Below are positions 8,174 to 16,724 of a stretch of 32,000 nt of DNA, piece by piece. The position numbers were made by a program, and so were the translations under genes. Within the stretch, counting starts at the first letter, position 1, and the number at the start of each line of letters is the position of its first letter. The notes under the pieces are model-generated. The model did no database searches. It saw only the letters and a list, made by a program, of their open reading frames with translations, and had not been told where the DNA came from. Source of the DNA: Megasphaera elsdenii DSM 20460 (lineage in GTDB: Bacteria; Bacillota; Negativicutes; Veillonellales; Megasphaeraceae); assembly GCF_003010495.1 (NCBI RefSeq), contig NZ_CP027570.1, positions 150,001-182,000 of the forward strand, in the 5' to 3' direction.

Positions 8174-9180
8174 AGCATCACCCCCACATACAATCCTTTG
8201 CCATACCGCCACACGGGATGAACCGCATCCTGTCCGCCTACTTCGGCCATACAACCGGCCAGCTTTTTAGGGAAGCAGGACCCAGCCTGTATCATATAAA
8301 TGTCATTTTTCTTTTGCATCCTACCGCCGTCAGGAGATAAAAAGCCGCTGCGTCGACAAAGTGCGTACTGGCCTTCCTGGACGTCAATCACTTCAGCTGG
8401 TGTTGGCAGCAGGACAGACAAACACATATACATCGAAGCGTTGGACATCGTCAATCCTTTATATAAAATACGGTCATCTTCGTAGACTCCGAGTTCATCC
8501 ATATCAATAGGGTCATCCCGAAAGTGAAATTTTCCGTAACCACTGCTGCGTTTCCCACCAATACCAGAAAAGCCCAGCAATTCCAGTAAAGACTGAAGCC
8601 AATCCCAATCTTCATCGTCTTCATAACCAACAAGTCCGTATAGCCCAGCTTCTTCTGTAAACTGAATCTGATGGACATAATAAGGACGCGGAACAGCCTC
8701 TGTGCAATTCACCCGCGTCAGCAACTGGCCGCAGCCGAAGCAAGGTTCATCGCTGCAAAAGGATTTACCAGCCTTCATGGCTTGTATAAAATCAGCTAAT
8801 TGGGATATCCGTATATAAGATAGTTTCTTTTGCCGCTTCTGCTGCGTAGCCTGCCGACGAAAAGTATCATAGTCAACTGTTTCCTGTCGGCTCTCAGCGG
8901 GAATGCTTAAAATAGGCTTAGGCACATACAGCTGCAGTTCTTCTGTATCATCATAAATATAAGGAAAAAGGTCCGAAAAAACAAGTTTTCCCTTCACTAT
9001 GGCTTCCTGGAGGTGAGTCAGACCCTTTTCATCGCCTTGCAGTGACAGCTCATAACATAGGGCACTGAACAGGCTATCTGCCCGATAGTTCAGAGAACTT
9101 TGTTCCAGCTTCCCTCCATTTTCAGCACAGCCAAAATGAACGGGTGTATCGAATTGTAAAGGATACAGAGCGTACTTCAT
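8170..9180 (-). CDS. csm4: Csm4 (Cas5-like RAMP subunit)
   Basis: N-terminus MKYALYPLQFDTPVHFG...ADSLFSALCYEL and C-terminal glycine loop GIGGKRSSGYGKF. Operon position fits. Confidence 0.85.
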   Translation of the reverse strand: MKYALYPLQFDTPVHFGCAENGGKLEQSSLNYRADSLFSALCYELSLQGDEKGLTHLQEAIVKGKLVFSDLFPYIYDDTEELQLYVPKPILSIPAESRQETVDYDTFRRQATQQKRQKKLSYIRISQLADFIQAMKAGKSFCSDEPCFGCGQLLTRVNCTEAVPRPYYVHQIQFTEEAGLYGLVGYEDDEDWDWLQSLLELLGFSGIGGKRSSGYGKFHFRDDPIDMDELGVYEDDRILYKGLTMSNASMYMCLSVLLPTPAEVIDVQEGQYALCRRSGFLSPDGGRMQKKNDIYMIQAGSCFPKKLAGCMAEVGGQDAVHPVWRYGKGLYVGVML

Positions 9181-9183
9181 AGG

Positions 9184-9867
9184 CTACACTTCTTTCAACA
9201 ACTGTAAAGCTTCATCGACAAAAGGCTGGACATCCGTATCAGACAAACCCGAAAAGCCTTGGACGTCCCAACAGGAAAAAGCGACCCGCCCATAACCACG
9301 GGAGCCATGGCCACCCAAATAGTCCCAAGTCAGCAGGCGGATACCATCGATCAAAGCTTGCAGATCTTCTGCTACTTGTTCGATATTAGAGATATTATAG
9401 ATAAGCTGAAAATTGAAGACAGCTCCTGCCGGGACACGTTCAATCTGCCGAGGATTGGCCTCACCAGTGAGGGCATTAATGCTATTTTCAAACTTGATTT
9501 CACCCAAATAGGTATCCATCTCCATCTGTTCCATGGCTTTGACGCTGTTCTCATCCATGCGTATATCTAAAAACTGCAGCCGTGCCGGTGTCGCAGCTTG
9601 TTTATCAGCCGTTCCAAACAACCGTTTCACAACAGGACTTTCTGTTTCCAAATTCAAGCCGCCCTGATTCCGCCGCAATAAAGAGCGGATTTTCCCCTTC
9701 AAAGAGCTGCCGGGAATAATCGGCTCTTTCGTATAAGGGTCGCGGATAACGGCGCTGTCGACCGCTCCGATAGGCGCAAATTCATCAGACCCGCCGATAT
9801 GGAGGCCCGTTTCTAAGCGAAGTTTCGCTGTCATCTTCAATTTTCCACATAATTTTTCTTGTGCCAT
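9184..9867 (-). CDS. csm3: Csm3 (Cas7 backbone subunit, target-RNA nuclease)
   Basis: LETGLHIGGSDEFAPIGAVDSAVIRDPYTKEPIIPGSSLKGKIRSLL matches the Csm3 pattern, including the acidic residue of the RNase site. Confidence 0.9.
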   Translation of the reverse strand: MAQEKLCGKLKMTAKLRLETGLHIGGSDEFAPIGAVDSAVIRDPYTKEPIIPGSSLKGKIRSLLRRNQGGLNLETESPVVKRLFGTADKQAATPARLQFLDIRMDENSVKAMEQMEMDTYLGEIKFENSINALTGEANPRQIERVPAGAVFNFQLIYNISNIEQVAEDLQALIDGIRLLTWDYLGGHGSRGYGRVAFSCWDVQGFSGLSDTDVQPFVDEALQLLKEV

Positions 9868-9869
9868 AA

Positions 9870-10250
9870 TTAATCTTTGCCTCCGTAAAATTTATGATAT
9901 GCTACTAATGCTTCGACATAATGGGCAAAAGCTTCATATTTTGCAATACTGGTTCCGACTGCTTCAATATGCTGTTTCATATTACTCTGTTTCATAAAAT
10001 CTTTGACACTTCGTTCTCTTCCTGCCTGGTAGGCTGCTTTGACTTTCAAAAACTGTATTTCCCCGGCTAATTCATCAGGTAATTCCGTCGCATCTAAGTG
10101 TTTGGCTTTATAGACATTTACCTTGTTTGTGATGGCGTTGACAGCTGTCAAAAATTTCCGAATTTGATTGGTCTTTAAATAAATTTTTCCATTATTTTGT
10201 TTTTTTAAGGCTAAAATGGCTTGCTCTGCTTCTTTGGCAATATCCTGCAT
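9870..10250 (-). CDS. csm2: Csm2 (Cas11 small subunit)
   Basis: 126-aa, apparently helical, lysine/alanine-rich ORF between cas10 and csm3, the canonical position. Confidence 0.75.
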   Translation of the reverse strand: MQDIAKEAEQAILALKKQNNGKIYLKTNQIRKFLTAVNAITNKVNVYKAKHLDATELPDELAGEIQFLKVKAAYQAGRERSVKDFMKQSNMKQHIEAVGTSIAKYEAFAHYVEALVAYHKFYGGKD

Positions 10251-10267
10251 CTTTCATCCCATCCTTT

Positions 10268-12790
10268 CTATTCTTTATCCCGTACATGATAAATCAAGAG
10301 TTCAATGGCCGTCATGAGCTGCTGACGGTCCGCAGTTGATTGATACCAGTCGTATAATGTCGTCCTCAAGGCCTGATAACAACGCCATTTTCCGGAATCA
10401 CGCTGTTTCGGTTCCATCCGCGCTAAGGTATAGGCAAACCGAGCTAATTGGATATGACTGCTATCAGCTTCCGCTTGACGCAATAAATCCAAGAGACGGT
10501 ACAACGCTGTTTTCCCGACAAAAAGTTTCGACGGATTTTCTTTTTGTAAAGTCAGGTTCCGTTCCAAGAAACGCAACTTCTCCTGGCAAACGCCCTGTTC
10601 AAAGTCATCCCATGAATATCGGGCAGTCATCACGACACTACCCTTTCCTGCCGGCTGGGATACTTCGCCGAATAAAGCCAGACTGTCTTTATCATGATGG
10701 GGATTGGCTTTGGCATAATCTTCCAAATCGCCCGTCTTCCGTGCCATCTGGGCAATGGGGCAAGAAGGATGGAAGAAACCAATACCTGCTGAAAAGGTCA
10801 ATTTTCCATTGGTAAAACGCCGGAAGGCGTGGCGGATATCGACAGCGGCTTCCAGGATATCATCCCAAGTACCTGCCAGAAACATATCATCCCCACCGGA
10901 ATAAATGACGTGGATTTTGCGTTCTTTCTTGATTTCGTCAGCAAACAACGTAAATTCAGACACTCCAGAAGCCGTATGTCCCTGACAGAGAGTCTTGATG
11001 TACTGCTTAAAGAAAAGAGACAAGTTTCGCGACAACGTCACCTTGCGGGACAATGTATCGTATTCCGGTGAGAACCCGGCAATAAAGGCGGCCCCTAAAT
11101 TATCGACATCACATCGTAAGACTCCGATGCGGGCAATCCCCGTGTCTTCCCGGCTGCCACCACTCTGTTGTGCCAGCTCTGTAAATTCGACGGCATGGCC
11201 TTGTTCATTGCAAGTCACATAATCTCCCATCCATAAATGTGTCGATACGGCTTGGCCCAAAGTAAGCTCATTCTTTACATAAATCCGTTTCGGTCTATCC
11301 ATCGTAGATAGATTTTCTTCCCGGATGGTTTGTAAATAATAGTCCTGTGACAAGCCGGGAAGCGGCACGCCCTGTCGTCCCGCCGATGCGCTGATAGCAA
11401 ACACAGACGCCGTTAAAGACGATTTTCCTAATTGGAACAAAGCATTACATGCTTTGCAAGCTTCTTCAGCTCCTTCATCGGTATCATCACCATAGGGACG
11501 CAGGTCTGCCGCTGAGGATGCCGTATGACAAATCGCACATTCCCGGCTGCCATCCGTATTCTCATTATAGACACTGTGCGCATCGAATAAAGCCGTCAAT
11601 TGTTCCTGATTATAACGGCAGAGTTTCTTTTGTCTCAAGGCCTGACTGACTTTCTGGAAGACCTTACCAGCACCCCCACCATGAACAGAAAAATCAGCGG
11701 CTGAACAGGAGACCGAAGCCAGCGCTATATATAAATTCGTACCATAGTGCCGTAAAAACCAGCCATTGATTGCCGTATCCGCTTTTTGCAGGACCTCCTG
11801 CGTATGTACCGTATTGGGCAGCAATAAATAAAAATGACCGCCACCAGTGTAAAGAAGACACGAACGACTGACATGGCAGGCTTCCAAGATTTCGTCGACG
11901 ATATGTTCCAAAAGAATATCTAAATAAAGCGACCGACCGCGCAGACTTTTCAAGGCGCCTTTTGAAGGAATAGTATAAATAAATTTTTGAATTCCCGATA
12001 TATCGCCAGACGCCAGCCGATATGCAGGGGCTGTCCGTAGTGTCTTTTGCTTCTTTCCATAACAATATGATTTATAGTCGGTAATTCCCCGTTCTTGAAA
12101 AACATGCCAGAGGCAGACAGCAAAGGCCGCCGTCAATTTCTGATGGTCATACAAAGAAATATCGGCAGCTTCCACTGTGTTCGTACTAGACGGCACATAA
12201 CTCAAAGTCTTTTCCAAGGCTTGTAAGAGCTCGGATAGCGTCATGTCCTGAGGGGACCGCTTTTTAAAAATATCCGTTAAAGCTGTTGCTAATTTTTCAT
12301 AACTCGTCGAAGGAGCAGCGATTTCATTGCGATTATCCGAATAAGGCCAACCTTTGCTTTCCTCTATTCCTTCCAAACGATAAGCAGACTGATCCGTATC
12401 TCCTTTACGATTAAAAATATTAAAGATACTGCCCAATGGCAAGTCTGATACAAAGTGCATCCCTTTGCCTGTCTGTGCTCCTTCTAGCATCAAGGTGCGC
12501 CGGTCTGAAGCAGCTGCCAGGTTATCGGCTTCATAAACGATATAACTAATATCATCGTCTGGAAGATGATTCGTTTGTAACTCATTTTGATGATGGCAAG
12601 CGACAGCCCGCAAAATAGCCTGATGATTGGCATCAAAAAAATGGGCCAAGATTTCTTGCCCCACTACGGAGTGGGATTTGCGAATCTCCCCAGCTCGTTG
12701 ATAAAGTTTTCCAATATCATGTAATAAGGCGGCTTTCTCTAAATCTATTTCAGTGACAGGCAACCACCTCAACTCCTTTCCATATGACAA
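10268..12790 (-). CDS. cas10: Cas10/Csm1 with HD nuclease and GGDD cyclase domains
   Basis: N-terminal LLHDIGK plus CHHQ and EADN (HD domain). Also IYSGGDDMFLAG (GGDD Palm/cyclase) and the Cys cluster CAICH...CKACN. The start is uncertain: TTG 12790 (ORF track) or TTG 12763, which sits 9 nt after AAGGAG. Confidence 0.92.
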   Translation of the reverse strand: MSYGKELRWLPVTEIDLEKAALLHDIGKLYQRAGEIRKSHSVVGQEILAHFFDANHQAILRAVACHHQNELQTNHLPDDDISYIVYEADNLAAASDRRTLMLEGAQTGKGMHFVSDLPLGSIFNIFNRKGDTDQSAYRLEGIEESKGWPYSDNRNEIAAPSTSYEKLATALTDIFKKRSPQDMTLSELLQALEKTLSYVPSSTNTVEAADISLYDHQKLTAAFAVCLWHVFQERGITDYKSYCYGKKQKTLRTAPAYRLASGDISGIQKFIYTIPSKGALKSLRGRSLYLDILLEHIVDEILEACHVSRSCLLYTGGGHFYLLLPNTVHTQEVLQKADTAINGWFLRHYGTNLYIALASVSCSAADFSVHGGGAGKVFQKVSQALRQKKLCRYNQEQLTALFDAHSVYNENTDGSRECAICHTASSAADLRPYGDDTDEGAEEACKACNALFQLGKSSLTASVFAISASAGRQGVPLPGLSQDYYLQTIREENLSTMDRPKRIYVKNELTLGQAVSTHLWMGDYVTCNEQGHAVEFTELAQQSGGSREDTGIARIGVLRCDVDNLGAAFIAGFSPEYDTLSRKVTLSRNLSLFFKQYIKTLCQGHTASGVSEFTLFADEIKKERKIHVIYSGGDDMFLAGTWDDILEAAVDIRHAFRRFTNGKLTFSAGIGFFHPSCPIAQMARKTGDLEDYAKANPHHDKDSLALFGEVSQPAGKGSVVMTARYSWDDFEQGVCQEKLRFLERNLTLQKENPSKLFVGKTALYRLLDLLRQAEADSSHIQLARFAYTLARMEPKQRDSGKWRCYQALRTTLYDWYQSTADRQQLMTAIELLIYHVRDKE

Positions 12791-12845
12791 TGAATGAATC
12801 TTAATTATAAGTATTCGATGTCAAACATGAAAACTCCTACTCTAT

Positions 12846-13151
12846 TCATAAAATAATGACATCTTCTGTATGCGTATCGCCTCGCCCCCAAGAATGGACA
12901 GCCATATAACTGTCCAATAAATAAATGCGTAATGAATCCGTATCTGTATCAATCAAAAAAGGGGCTTCTTGCATCAATTTATGGTACTTCCGTTTGGTAA
13001 TATAGGCTTCAAAAGCTGATTTTTGTACACGTACTCCATATTTTTCCAAACAGGCTACCATTTTATTTCGCGTTTTATTATCCGTAATATCGTAGATGAT
13101 TAAGACAATGTATTTTTTATCATCAACACTTTCTGTCTGCGAATTTTTCAT
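12846..13151 (-). CDS. cas2: Cas2
   Basis: KYIVLIIYDITDNKTRNKMVACLEKYGVRVQKSAFEA is a typical Cas2 ferredoxin-fold start. The start is set at ATG 13151 (MKNSQ) after TAGGTGG. The ORF-track start 13172 would overlap the cas1 end. Confidence 0.85.
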   Translation of the reverse strand: MKNSQTESVDDKKYIVLIIYDITDNKTRNKMVACLEKYGVRVQKSAFEAYITKRKYHKLMQEAPFLIDTDTDSLRIYLLDSYMAVHSWGRGDTHTEDVIIL

Positions 13152-13159
13152 CGAACCAC

Positions 13160-14155
13160 CTACCGAATCCAAATCGGCTCATACAGCTTCGGTTCCCGTG
13201 CCATTAAAGCCTGACCGTATTGAGCCACTTGATAATTCAGCGACCGCCGGAATGAATGCTTCCCGTCGATATATTGATTAATGCTGCGCATCTTCTTCTC
13301 ATAAGCACGGAAAAATATTTTACGGCCTTCTGGCGTCAAATAGATGCCATGGTTTGCCTCATCACAGCAAAAATGTTCCTCTTTAATTTCATGATGCTGT
13401 ACCAATGACATTACGAATGAATCTGCCAAGACAGCTCTCCATTCTTCCAAAAGGTCCGATGCCAATGCAGGATGATGCTCTTTTAAAGTATGAAGGAAAC
13501 CGACATAAGGATGAAGGCCTTCATTGGTAATCGCTGTAAAAAGTTCATACATGATCAACGTATATGCAAAACTCAGTAAAGAGTTGAATGGGTCTAACGG
13601 TGGCCGTTTGCTTCTTTTTTCAAAAGCAAAGGTAGGATCCACTAGTTTCCCTAACGCAGAAAAATAAATTTTAGCAGCCATCCCTTCATACCCCATCAAG
13701 GATTCACAATCTTCTGCTATTTTTAAGTGATCAGCCATAGTCATCATATTATGAATATCTATCATGACTGACGGTATTTTCCGGTCCCGATTGTATCGAC
13801 GCAATAAGGTCAACTGATTATGGACTTTAGCTAATAAGACGCGGCGACTCATTTCCAAAGAAAAAGGCTGGTCCTGCAATAGAAATTGCTGCTTTTGCTT
13901 AAATACACTAACATGTCTTGTCGATTCTAATCGGCCAAAATACTTACCGTGGGAAGAAAGCCATGTAACGGGAATTCCCAAATGTAATAAAGACACTATG
14001 GCATGTGATGTAAGCTGGACCGTATCCGTTACTAATAAGCCTTCCAATGTTTCTTCTGGAATCTCCAACAAGGTTTCATGATTTCGTCCAACAACAAAGC
14101 GTCCGTCCTTTTTAGAAATCGTAGCGCCTTTTTCCGTAATATAAGCAAAGCTCAT
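13160..14155 (-). CDS. cas1: Cas1 integrase
   Basis: 331 aa. The N-terminal beta domain is ITEKGATISKKDGRFVV. Conserved C-terminal motifs are NSLLSFAYTLI and HPYVGFLHTLKEHHPALASDLLEEWR. Confidence 0.92.
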   Translation of the reverse strand: MSFAYITEKGATISKKDGRFVVGRNHETLLEIPEETLEGLLVTDTVQLTSHAIVSLLHLGIPVTWLSSHGKYFGRLESTRHVSVFKQKQQFLLQDQPFSLEMSRRVLLAKVHNQLTLLRRYNRDRKIPSVMIDIHNMMTMADHLKIAEDCESLMGYEGMAAKIYFSALGKLVDPTFAFEKRSKRPPLDPFNSLLSFAYTLIMYELFTAITNEGLHPYVGFLHTLKEHHPALASDLLEEWRAVLADSFVMSLVQHHEIKEEHFCCDEANHGIYLTPEGRKIFFRAYEKKMRSINQYIDGKHSFRRSLNYQVAQYGQALMAREPKLYEPIWIR

Positions 14156-14174
14156 TTCACATCACCTCTCAAAT

Positions 14175-14504
14175 AGATACGTCCCCTTACGGGGATTATG
14201 GTTCTTATCCAGCAAGTGGCGCTTGTTGAGTGCTAACCGCGTACCATGGTTTCCGTCCCCTTACGGGGATTATGGTTCTTATCATAGAGACATTGTCATT
14301 ACACAATGGCTCTCCGCCTAAGTTTCCGTCCCCTTACGGGGATTATGGTTCTTATCGGAGTTTATCATGAAAAAGTTATATGTTTTAAAGATGATGTTTC
14401 CGTCCCCTTACGGGGATTATGGTTCTTATCAGCAATACAAGCTGTCGTCATGATCAAACCTTCATTATAGTTTCCGTCCCCTTACGGGGATTATGGTTCT
14501 TATC
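14175..14504 (-). CRISPR. CRISPR array 2: 5 repeats (same 35-nt repeat) and 4 spacers (38-39 nt); trailer repeat 14175..14209 is degenerate in what would be the ACGGAAAC end
   Basis: Repeats at 14175, 14249, 14322, 14396 and 14470. Same orientation as array 1. The leader copy is on the high-coordinate side. Confidence 0.95.
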
Positions 14505-14784
14505 CGCACCCCTTATAAATGGCTTCATAGCGCCATCGAAAATACCTTTTGCGGGGCGGATTTTTTTCTCCTCATTTTTCACATTTTTGCGGAAAATGAT
14601 TTTCAAAAATCGTCCTATCGCTGATTTTTAAGCCAGCGGGGCGGAATGATTCTTTTTATGTTTTCAAAAAGCAAGTTGGGCGCATAAATACGGTATTACC
14701 TAACTAACTTATATTATATCACAAGTCCATCAAAAACCATAGTTCATGATTCGTAAAGATCTGCTATTAGACAAGCATGGGCTG
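14505..14784 (-). promoter_or_regulatory. CRISPR leader 2, a duplicate of leader 1
   Basis: Aligns with 4474..4755. It ends 6 nt from the hxlR stop codon. Confidence 0.8.
14713..14721 (-). promoter_or_regulatory. Candidate extended -10 element TGATATAAT of leader 2
   Basis: Same motif as at 4684..4692, read on the minus strand. Confidence 0.5.
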
Positions 14785-14790
14785 TGTTGT

Positions 14791-15174
14791 TTATGAGAGA
14801 CTGTCAGATGTTTGAATTTTGTTTTCTTTCTTCATTTGATCATCAGCCCATTGATATACCGACTCCAGTGCCGGGATCAATGTCTTTCCCCGTTCTGCTA
14901 GTGAATACTCAACCGTTGGCGGTATCGTACTGTACTGCTTCCTTGTGATGAACTTGTCCTGTTCCAGTTCCCTGAGGCATTTCGTCAACATGGTGGCTGT
15001 AATGCCTACGACTTTTCTCTCCAGTTCACGGTACCTGAGTGTCTGATTTTCTGCATCAGCGATATACCACAGAATCGGAAGTTTCCACTTCTGCCCAATC
15101 ATTTTCATCGCATAGAGAATGGGACAATCTGTTTCATAAATGTTTTTTTCTTTCGGTAACGGTTTCTTAGCCAT
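14791..15174 (-). CDS. HxlR-family winged-helix transcriptional regulator
   Basis: CPILYAMKMIGQKWKLPILWYI...LRYRELERKVVGITATMLTKCLRELEQDKFITRKQYSTIPPTVEYSLAERG is the typical HxlR/DUF24 pattern. GGGAGG RBS upstream. Confidence 0.88.
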   Translation of the reverse strand: MAKKPLPKEKNIYETDCPILYAMKMIGQKWKLPILWYIADAENQTLRYRELERKVVGITATMLTKCLRELEQDKFITRKQYSTIPPTVEYSLAERGKTLIPALESVYQWADDQMKKENKIQTSDSLS

Positions 15175-15197
15175 TGCAAACCTCCCTAACTATCCAT

Positions 15198-15216
15198 TAC
15201 TATATATTTTATAGTA
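15198..15216. promoter_or_regulatory. Perfect palindrome TACTATA-N5-TATAGTA in the hxlR/OYE divergent intergenic region; candidate HxlR operator
   Basis: Read from the sequence. It lies 24 nt upstream of the hxlR ATG and upstream of the candidate OYE promoter. Confidence 0.4.
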
Positions 15217-15236
15217 GCAAAGAATATTCTGCCTTC

Positions 15237-15264
15237 TTGTTTTATCTGTGTATCTAATTATAAT
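15237..15264 (+). promoter_or_regulatory. Candidate sigma-A promoter TTGTTT-N16-TATAAT for the flavin reductase gene
   Basis: The hexamers were read directly. The -10 lies 43 nt before ATG 15307. Confidence 0.4.
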
Positions 15265-15306
15265 AAACATATACACAAAAATCAACTTTGAAGGAGAGGT
15301 TTCATC

Positions 15307-16380
15307 ATGAAGAAAATATTTGGATCTGCTGCCCTGAAGAATATCCCCCTAAAAAATCGCCTCATCCGCTCCGCTACCTGGGAAGGCATTGCCAACCCCG
15401 ATGGCAGCGTGACAGAAACAGCATACGAAATATACAAAGAACTGGCAAAAGGCGGAGTCGGTGCCATCATTACAGGCTTTACCAGCGTCGCGCTGCATGA
15501 CTACTACTTTGGCGGCATGATGCGGCTATGTGATGATTCCCTCATTCCTCAGTATAAAAAACTGACGGATATCATCCACGCAGAAGGAATCCCTGTTATC
15601 ACACAGCTTGCCCTTGGAGCATACTATCGGGAGGTCAAAGGACGCTTTATGCAAGTCGAACCAGATGATATGACTTCCGATGAGATACAGTATGTAATCC
15701 GGCAGTTCATTGATGCCGCCATCCGGGCCGAAAAAGCGGGCTTTGATGGCGTACAGATCCATGCTGCCCACTTCTTCTTCCTGAGCCGTTTTATCAGTCC
15801 CGCAGTCAACCATCGTACCGATGAATATGGCGGATCAACGAAAAACCGCTCCCATATCCTTCTGGATATTATGAACGGCATCCGCAAGGCGGCTCCAAAG
15901 CTTCATATTACCATCAAGATCAACAGCAGCGATTTTACCCACGGTGGAATAGAAGAGCTAGAATGTCTGGCTATCTGCCAGCTTCTCGATCAGGCCGGCA
16001 TCGACTCTATCGAGGTCAGCGGAAACGGGACGTCTGTCAGCGGCATCAAAGCCCATGTGAATGAAGGATACTTTGTTCCTGTCGCAGCAAAGATTGCCAA
16101 AAGGGTCAGCTGTCCTGTCATCGTAGTCGGCGGTTTCCGGAGCCTGGATGGGATGGAATCCGTCCTGAATCAAACAGATATCGCATTCATCTCCCTTTCC
16201 AGACCGCTTCTCAGAGAACCGGATCTGCCGAATAAGATGAAAGCCGATTCGACCATTGTATCCCAATGCGTTTCCTGTAATGCCTGCTACTCATCACAGG
16301 CTCACAAATGCGTTTTCAGAAAGCGTAATACATTATGGTGTTTCGATTCAATGTCCCGACAAAAAGAGGTTCCGTCCTGA
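15307..16380 (+). CDS. NADH:flavin oxidoreductase, Old Yellow Enzyme family (TIM barrel with C-terminal Cys motif)
   Basis: GFDGVQIHAAHFFFLSRFISPAVNHRTDEYGGS matches the OYE signature region. C-terminal CVSCNAC...C. GAAGGAGAGG RBS upstream. Confidence 0.85.
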   Translation: MKKIFGSAALKNIPLKNRLIRSATWEGIANPDGSVTETAYEIYKELAKGGVGAIITGFTSVALHDYYFGGMMRLCDDSLIPQYKKLTDIIHAEGIPVITQLALGAYYREVKGRFMQVEPDDMTSDEIQYVIRQFIDAAIRAEKAGFDGVQIHAAHFFFLSRFISPAVNHRTDEYGGSTKNRSHILLDIMNGIRKAAPKLHITIKINSSDFTHGGIEELECLAICQLLDQAGIDSIEVSGNGTSVSGIKAHVNEGYFVPVAAKIAKRVSCPVIVVGGFRSLDGMESVLNQTDIAFISLSRPLLREPDLPNKMKADSTIVSQCVSCNACYSSQAHKCVFRKRNTLWCFDSMSRQKEVPS

Positions 16381-16664
16381 ACGGTGTTCTGTTCCGTCCG
16401 GAAGAAAACCGCTCTGCTGATACGGTTATGATTGCCATCACCGGCATCCATGGAAACTTTTATTCCAACCCATTTTATTACAATATCGGAGATACCTTAA
16501 ACAGCGACAATATTGATTTCATATACGCCCAGACCAATGATGCCTTCGGGCAGATGGAAACGGTCAATGTGAACTCAGGAAAGAAAGAGATCATCGGTTC
16601 GTGGAATGAACGCTTCTCCTATGCCGATGAGGATATTGATGCGTACCTTTCTTTTGCCGAGTGA
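16335..16664 (+). pseudogene. N-terminal 109 codons of an alpha/beta-hydrolase-like protein, ending before the expected GxSxG nucleophile elbow
   Basis: VMIAITGIHGNFYSNPFY resembles the oxyanion-hole strand of DUF1749-like hydrolases. The ORF stops at 16664, 60 nt from the stop of lyase copy 2. Family assignment is by memory only. Confidence 0.45.
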
Positions 16665-16724
16665 CTACCGAAGAAAAACAGATCATCAAAAAAATCCCCT
16701 TTTTGGCATTATTTTCCCTATCTT

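Noticed and set aside
6992-8254. N-terminal extensions in the ORF track: csm5 to 8254, clpC to 23127, mcsA to 24667, cas2 to 13172, virK-like to 29930 and the flavodoxin gene to 31851
   Set aside because: The extensions overlap the preceding gene or an RBS. Internal ATGs with good Shine-Dalgarno sequences give N-termini that match the family norms.
1982-14469. Self-targeting spacers (a match between any spacer and the rest of the window)
   Set aside because: By eye, no spacer matched another part of this window. That is not an exhaustive test and needs a blast of all 38 spacers against the full genome, so I make no claim.
14419-14631. 70-aa plus-strand ORF over array 2 and leader 2, and its twin at 4405..4602
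   Set aside because: It is a repeat/leader translation artefact. The conservation is explained by the leader duplication.
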